Source of the DNA: Chloroflexota bacterium | GTDB taxonomy: Bacteria > Chloroflexota > Dehalococcoidia > Lucifugimonadales > UBA2985 | DNA: 64,000 bases | Assembly (NCBI GenBank): GCA_027622595.1 | Contig: JAQBZZ010000002.1 | Span: 31,663 to 95,662, forward strand | Direction of reading: 5' to 3' | Shown: in pieces, positions 59,074-64,000 of the stretch | Layout: every line of letters starts with the position of its first letter | Numbering within the stretch: position 1 is the first letter of the stretch | The notes under the pieces: model-generated | The model's input: only the letters and a program-made list of their open reading frames with translations | What the model was told of the DNA's origin: nothing | Database searches by the model: none | Program-made: the position numbers and the translations under genes

Positions 59074-60324
59074 TTATACTCCGGCTTCCTCGTCCCTCTT
59101 CCCCTTCAGAAGGTTCCAGAGTTCTATCATTGCCTGCATGGTGGCCCGCTGCTTGACCAGGACGCGCTGCGAGGGATAGCGGCGACTGAAGTGTATGGTG
59201 CCCCCGGCGTGCGCCAACCCTATGTGCACAGTGCCGACGGGGTTTCCTTCCAGTTCCTCAGGGCCTGCGACTCCGGTGATGCCTATTCCAATGTCCGTCC
59301 CCATACGCTCCCTGGCCGATCTTGCCATATCCTGGGCTACCTGAGGACTCACCGCCCCGTAATCCCGTATCAGGGCAGGGTCCACTCCCCAGGCTATCTT
59401 CATTTCGTTTGTATAGGCCACCAGTCCACCCTTAAAGTAGTGTGAGCTGCCCGGTACCTGGGTGATGGTGTGGGCCAGCAGACCCCCGGTGCACGACTCC
59501 ATGATGGCCAGAGTGAGTCCCTGCCGTGTCATCTCCTTCCCCACCTGTTCTTCCAAAACCTGGTCGTCAACGCCCCAGATGTAGTCTCCCAGGAGACGTC
59601 TAAGCTCCGCCTCCACGGGCAGGAGGAGTTTCTGGGCTTCTTCGTTATTCTGTGCCCTGACTCTTGCGCGTACCTGGACACCCTGGGCCTGAGCGTACAT
59701 TCCCAGGCTTACATCCGGGAGATGGAAGAGGTGAGCAATCAACTCGTTGAGGGCCGACTCGCCGAGACCGTGGGTCTTGAAGCTGCGGGTGAGGATGACT
59801 GTGCCAGGTGCATGGAGGCGCAGTTGAGGTTGTACCTCGGTCTCCCACATCGGGTGCATCTCGCCGGGTGGGCCAGGCATGGCGACAATGATCTTCCCAT
59901 CCTTCTCCACCCACCACCCCGGGGCTGTGCCCCTAGCGTTGAGTATGGACCGCCCTGAGGGGATGAGGTTGGCTTGCTTAACGTTTGCGTTGGGCATTGC
60001 GGCCCCCCTCTGACGGAAGGTCTCCTGAAGGTGGGTCAGTGACTGAGTATCTAAGTACATGGTCTCTCCCACAAGCTGGGCAATGGCCTCTCTCGTGAGG
60101 TCATCGTCTGTGGGGCCAAGGCCTCCGGTGGTGAGCACAAGGTCGGAGCGTTGGGACGCTTGCTGAAGGACTTCCGCCAGCATGTTTATGTCATCACTGA
60201 CCTGGGTAATCCGCTGTAACTCGATTCCCATGGGTGGCAACTGAGCCGCAAGGTAGGGGGCGTTAGTATCCACCAACTCTCCCATGAGAATCTCTGTGCC
60301 GATGGAGATGATGTCTGCTCTCAA
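59074..60324 (-). CDS. cinA: CinA family protein (MoCF-binding plus nicotinamide-nucleotide amidase domains)
   Basis: 416 aa with MRADIISIGTEILMGELVDTNAPYLA and ESCTGG. Confidence 0.9.
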   Translation of the reverse strand: MRADIISIGTEILMGELVDTNAPYLAAQLPPMGIELQRITQVSDDINMLAEVLQQASQRSDLVLTTGGLGPTDDDLTREAIAQLVGETMYLDTQSLTHLQETFRQRGAAMPNANVKQANLIPSGRSILNARGTAPGWWVEKDGKIIVAMPGPPGEMHPMWETEVQPQLRLHAPGTVILTRSFKTHGLGESALNELIAHLFHLPDVSLGMYAQAQGVQVRARVRAQNNEEAQKLLLPVEAELRRLLGDYIWGVDDQVLEEQVGKEMTRQGLTLAIMESCTGGLLAHTITQVPGSSHYFKGGLVAYTNEMKIAWGVDPALIRDYGAVSPQVAQDMARSARERMGTDIGIGITGVAGPEELEGNPVGTVHIGLAHAGGTIHFSRRYPSQRVLVKQRATMQAMIELWNLLKGKRDEEAGV

Positions 60325-60332
60325 GATCGGTG

Positions 60333-61319
60333 TCAGGTTCCTGGGGTGACGTCATCAAGATATGGGGGGTCGTCAGCTATGGCTTGAAGGCCGTCCACCC
60401 AGTCGGCGTTTACCATAAAAACGTCAGGGATGGTGGACTGACCCCGTTGGGTCTGAACATAGTATCCAGTACCGTCTTCCGTAAGACCACCCACGGTGTA
60501 ACGTGATTGAGAGATGACGGTGAAGCCTTCTTCGTCAGGCTTCTCTGTCTGAAGGAAGAGAGTGAGTGAAGGGTTATTCAAGCCGTACTGTACCAGGTCT
60601 ATGGGGCTGTAGGCCACCAGAGTCTGAGAGGGGTTTTCCAGGGACACCAGTAGCAAGGGCATCTGTGACTCATCCACCGCACTCTGCTCCGCGTTGTCGA
60701 AGAGCCATCCGTCCTGGCCTTTGGTCATGGCCATACCGGTAGTCCGGCTAAATATTTGGATGGTTGTGATACCGGATGTGTCAACGTTGTAATACCACTC
60801 CGGATATGGAGGTTCGGAAATCAGGCGGGTCATGGACTGTTTCCAGCCGTCAAAGATGGTGAATACCTGCGGGAACCCCTCCACTTGGCCATATGTGCTC
60901 TCTCCGTCCGGGGTTGCCAGCCCCAGGAGCACCTTGATGCTCCGTCCGTCCCGCAGGTCAACCTCAACTCTGGTTTGTGGTACGACCAAGCCGTATGGTT
61001 CCAGGTCCGTGGGTTGCTCGTCCAGCAGGCGGCGGCTTTTGGGGCCGGTCAGGAGGAGCACTATGCCACCCCATCTGTCCTGGCTCACGGGTAGACCATC
61101 TGGCTCGTCTATGTGCCAGTTCTCGTCCGCACCCAGGAAGAAGACTGTCTCTTCTCCCCTGTCGGTGATAGCTATCCGGGTCAGGTCAGACAAATCCACG
61201 CTGTAAAACCACGGAGGCTCGTCCGGGACATCTTCGACCTGTTTGAGCTGAACAAAGAAGACGTAACCCGCGACCATAGCAAGGGAAACAACCAGGATAA
61301 TGGAGGTGCGAATACTCAT
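60333..61319 (-). CDS. DUF4340 domain protein
   Basis: 328 aa. N-terminal TM anchor, with position and pattern typical of the DUF4340 gene downstream of GldG-like genes. Confidence 0.6.
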   Translation of the reverse strand: MSIRTSIILVVSLAMVAGYVFFVQLKQVEDVPDEPPWFYSVDLSDLTRIAITDRGEETVFFLGADENWHIDEPDGLPVSQDRWGGIVLLLTGPKSRRLLDEQPTDLEPYGLVVPQTRVEVDLRDGRSIKVLLGLATPDGESTYGQVEGFPQVFTIFDGWKQSMTRLISEPPYPEWYYNVDTSGITTIQIFSRTTGMAMTKGQDGWLFDNAEQSAVDESQMPLLLVSLENPSQTLVAYSPIDLVQYGLNNPSLTLFLQTEKPDEEGFTVISQSRYTVGGLTEDGTGYYVQTQRGQSTIPDVFMVNADWVDGLQAIADDPPYLDDVTPGT

Positions 61320-61328
61320 GACATTAGC

Positions 61329-63038
61329 TCATCGTCTTCGCCACCAGGCGATTCCCGCCAGCAGCATGATGCCCGTTGGCAGGAGGAACCAGCTAGAGTA
61401 TCGGATGAAATCGAACTCTTTCTGGTCGATGACAAGCAGGCGGAAGGACTGCGGTTTGGAACGTATGGAGATCAGATCGTATTTCTGCGCCAACCAGTCA
61501 ACGGCGTTGAGGAAAAGGTCGCTGTTGTTCAAGGCGTAATAGAACTTGTTGGAGGCGAAATCAGAGTCTCCGAAAACCACTATGGAGGCAATTGGCAGTT
61601 CCTCCCCGGGAGCAACCCGAGGAGCCTCTTCTCCGACGATGGCTGCGGCCTCTATGACCATGGCTAAAGCAAAGGGACCAAAAATGTCGTCTTCCCCTGA
61701 GCAGTCAGATATATCGTTCTCAGTGGTAATGCAACTGAGCACGGAGGACGCGGCTAGGGGAGTCAGAGCGATGTTTAGTTCGTCAGGATTGGGCGGCAAG
61801 CCCTCAGGGGCCCTCTTTATGATGTCCTGTATACCGGTCGCCTCTGTGAAGAAGGTGTCGTCAAGGGGCTTGGTTATAGGGTGCTCAGTATTGTAGGCAC
61901 TGCGTCGTACTATAGGGCTCCTTGGATCGCTTGCGGTGGAGCTACCGAGGTCCACAATGCTGCCCTGTGGCAGGTTTACTCCCCACTTATTCAGTAGACT
62001 GTTCATCTGAGTGTTGACTGCGTCATCTATAAGAAACATGGCCCTGCCGCCGTCGCTCAGGTACTTTTCTATCTTATCCCGCTCGCGTTGGAGGACGCTG
62101 CTTCTTGGTCCGGCGACGATAAGAACAGCGGCATCCTCAGGTATAGCATCCACTTGCTCCAGATTCAGTGTCCGCACCAGGTAGTTGTCTCCCAGAAGGC
62201 CGACTCGTGCCAAGCCGTAGCCGTCACTGTCTTCCGCCGCGTCCACCGAATCTCGTTCGCTATGGCCAGTGGTGAAGTACACCGTTTTTTGCTGCTCTCC
62301 GGTGGATATCAGTATGGCGCTCACCAGGTCTTGCTCCGTGAGAATCATTTCTTCCCCGAAAATAAACGGGGCCAACTGGTACGGATTGCGTTCAGAGTCC
62401 TGGATTTTGAAGACGATGGTGGGGTAATCGGTGACTCCGTCGCGGCGGGCCTCGGAAGGTTTCAAGTCGGGGTCTATAAACTCATATGTGAATTTCTTAT
62501 TACGCTGATTGAACTCAAAGAAGAAGTCATCGGCCTGCCGCCTAACTCGTTCCTGGAGTGCATCTTCAGGATTGGAATAGACAATGGCCTTCACCGGCTC
62601 ATCCAGATTGCCAAGGACTTTCTTGGTCTGTTCAGCCAGGGTGAACTGCTTGGTAGCGGTTACGTCCAACCGGTAGGAGTTCTCAAAAGATATGAAACCC
62701 ACCAACCCCAGTATGGCCGTAAGAGCCGCCACCATCACCAGTGTATTGGCAGCATACCGCCCAGTACGGGCAGTGACGGCGCTTTTCACAGCAGGGAGGT
62801 GCGTCACCACGGATGTGAGCAGCATCAGCAGGGCCAGAGAGATGAGCACCTGGGCGGGGCCCCGCAGCTCCCGAACGGTTAGCCACACGACGAGACCGCC
62901 CGCTAGAATCACCGCCCCCGACAGGGACAGGATTGGCCCCGCATCCACCAGCAAATCCTTCAGCTTCTCCAGGTTTAGACGCGATTCAGAGTCCCCTCTG
63001 ACACGCTCAAGCGGCTCCCTCCGGTGATCGCCACGCAT
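61329..63038 (-). CDS. GldG-like ABC-transporter auxiliary protein
   Basis: 569 aa. TM helices at both ends with a large extracytoplasmic domain. It lies directly downstream of the ABC-2 permease. Confidence 0.7.
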   Translation of the reverse strand: MRGDHRREPLERVRGDSESRLNLEKLKDLLVDAGPILSLSGAVILAGGLVVWLTVRELRGPAQVLISLALLMLLTSVVTHLPAVKSAVTARTGRYAANTLVMVAALTAILGLVGFISFENSYRLDVTATKQFTLAEQTKKVLGNLDEPVKAIVYSNPEDALQERVRRQADDFFFEFNQRNKKFTYEFIDPDLKPSEARRDGVTDYPTIVFKIQDSERNPYQLAPFIFGEEMILTEQDLVSAILISTGEQQKTVYFTTGHSERDSVDAAEDSDGYGLARVGLLGDNYLVRTLNLEQVDAIPEDAAVLIVAGPRSSVLQRERDKIEKYLSDGGRAMFLIDDAVNTQMNSLLNKWGVNLPQGSIVDLGSSTASDPRSPIVRRSAYNTEHPITKPLDDTFFTEATGIQDIIKRAPEGLPPNPDELNIALTPLAASSVLSCITTENDISDCSGEDDIFGPFALAMVIEAAAIVGEEAPRVAPGEELPIASIVVFGDSDFASNKFYYALNNSDLFLNAVDWLAQKYDLISIRSKPQSFRLLVIDQKEFDFIRYSSWFLLPTGIMLLAGIAWWRRR

Positions 63039-63039
63039 G

Positions 63040-63753
63040 TTACCTCCACCTCCTGGACTCCAGGGACCGTACGGTGAGGAATAGCATGAATGTGGTGAAT
63101 ATGACGTAGTAGATCAGGTCGTGGGTATCTATCACACCACGGACAAAGCTCTCAAGATGGGTGGTTATGGATATCTGAAGGACTAACTCCGTGAAGATGC
63201 CGCCAGCATAGGAAGACGTCAGGTCAACGATGGATAGAATGAGTAGGATACCCATAGCCAGCACAGCGGCCACTATCTGGTTCCCGGATAGAGATGAGGC
63301 GAATAGCCCGACAGAGAGAGCTGCCATTCCGAAGAAGACGAGACCAAGGTAGGCGCTCAGGATAGGGCCCATGTCCGGTGTTGCGAACAACGTTAGGAGA
63401 ATAACCAGGTAGACGGTGGGAACCAGCAGGGATAGCAAGCTGGCCATTGCGGCCAGGAACTTTCCAAGAACGATCTCGTAATCACGAACAGGGGAGGTCA
63501 TGAGCAGCTCCAGTGTCCCCATCTTCTGCTCCTCTGCCAGGAGCCTCATGGTTATGATTGGAGCGAGTAGGGTGAAGATGAATGTGCTTGGGAAGATATA
63601 CCCGCGTATGGTGGCTTCCGGCAGAACCCCACTGATACTGGTCACGAAGTAGTAGGCCGCCAGGCCAGCGTATACCGCCATGATGATGTAAGCCATTGGG
63701 GAGACAAAGTAGGTCCTGGTCTCCTTCCAGGCTATGGACAAGGTGTTCTTCAT
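63040..63753 (-). CDS. ABC-2 type transporter permease
   Basis: 237 aa, six hydrophobic helices, MKNTLSIAWKETRTYFVSPMAYI N-terminus typical of GldF/ABC-2 permeases. ATGA overlap with the ATPase gene. Confidence 0.8.
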   Translation of the reverse strand: MKNTLSIAWKETRTYFVSPMAYIIMAVYAGLAAYYFVTSISGVLPEATIRGYIFPSTFIFTLLAPIITMRLLAEEQKMGTLELLMTSPVRDYEIVLGKFLAAMASLLSLLVPTVYLVILLTLFATPDMGPILSAYLGLVFFGMAALSVGLFASSLSGNQIVAAVLAMGILLILSIVDLTSSYAGGIFTELVLQISITTHLESFVRGVIDTHDLIYYVIFTTFMLFLTVRSLESRRWR

Positions 63754-64000
63754 GCCGAGTCTGATTCCGTTACTGTGAGGCTTAGGAATATCTCTTCAAG
63801 GCTCATCTGTATAGGCTGTAACCTGAGGAGGCCCCAACCCCTCTGGTGCACCAGTGTGGATATATGCTCCCCGAGGTCTGCCCCGCTGGCGGTCTCGATA
63901 TCGTAGCTTCCAACGTCTCCACTGTCCGTACGGGTCACTTCCTGGACACCGGGGATGTCCCTGAGCGCCGTCATTACCTGGGCAGCTGGCCCTCTGATGT
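63750..64000 (-). CDS. ABC transporter ATP-binding protein, C-terminal end only (N-terminus beyond the window)
   Basis: The frame is open to the window edge. The tail ...LRLQPIQMSLEEIFLSLT resembles the C-terminal domain of ABC-2 ATPases. Confidence 0.7.
   Translation of the reverse strand, partial: IRGPAAQVMTALRDIPGVQEVTRTDSGDVGSYDIETASGADLGEHISTLVHQRGWGLLRLQPIQMSLEEIFLSLTVTESDSA

Overview
All family assignments below come from motifs I read in the supplied translations and from my own translation of selected stretches. No database search, GC calculation or RNA-folding run was done.

The window is a moderately GC-rich bacterial chromosome segment. Gene content, a short EF-Ts and the repeat types suggest a Chloroflexota/Dehalococcoidia-like organism, but that is inference only.

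Most of it is housekeeping:
- An lpd-pdhA-pdhB cluster, gatCA, an Lrp-aminotransferase pair, trpS, gyrB and a TrpB2-type gene.
- A sortase, a DUF1015 gene, pcrA, a DUF47-PiT phosphate-uptake pair and leuS.
- purF-purM-//-purH, dtd, tRNA-Ser(GCU), miaB and nadA-//-nadC.
- The conserved run rpsB-tsf-frr-uppS-cdsA-dxr-rseP-ispG.
- coaE, a CbbQ/NorQ AAA+ ATPase with a giant vWA partner, cinA, and a GldG-type ABC-2 transporter cluster.

What stands out:
1. Small, visibly AT-richer islets sit inside or beside conserved operons.
   - A four-ORF cassette (three orphans plus a HEPN protein) lies between purM and purH. This is my best candidate for an undescribed toxin-antitoxin or defence-type module.
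   - An orphan gene plus a hicBA pair lies between nadA and nadC.
   - An IS remnant plus a second hicBA pair lies between lpd and gatC.
   - A DUF4145-like orphan follows leuS.
2. A family of palindromic and inverted-terminus repeats populates intergenic gaps. One perfect 28-bp copy lies inside the pcrA coding sequence.
3. Gene-disrupting lesions cluster in accessory genes only: one frameshift, three in-frame stops and an ATA at a start position.
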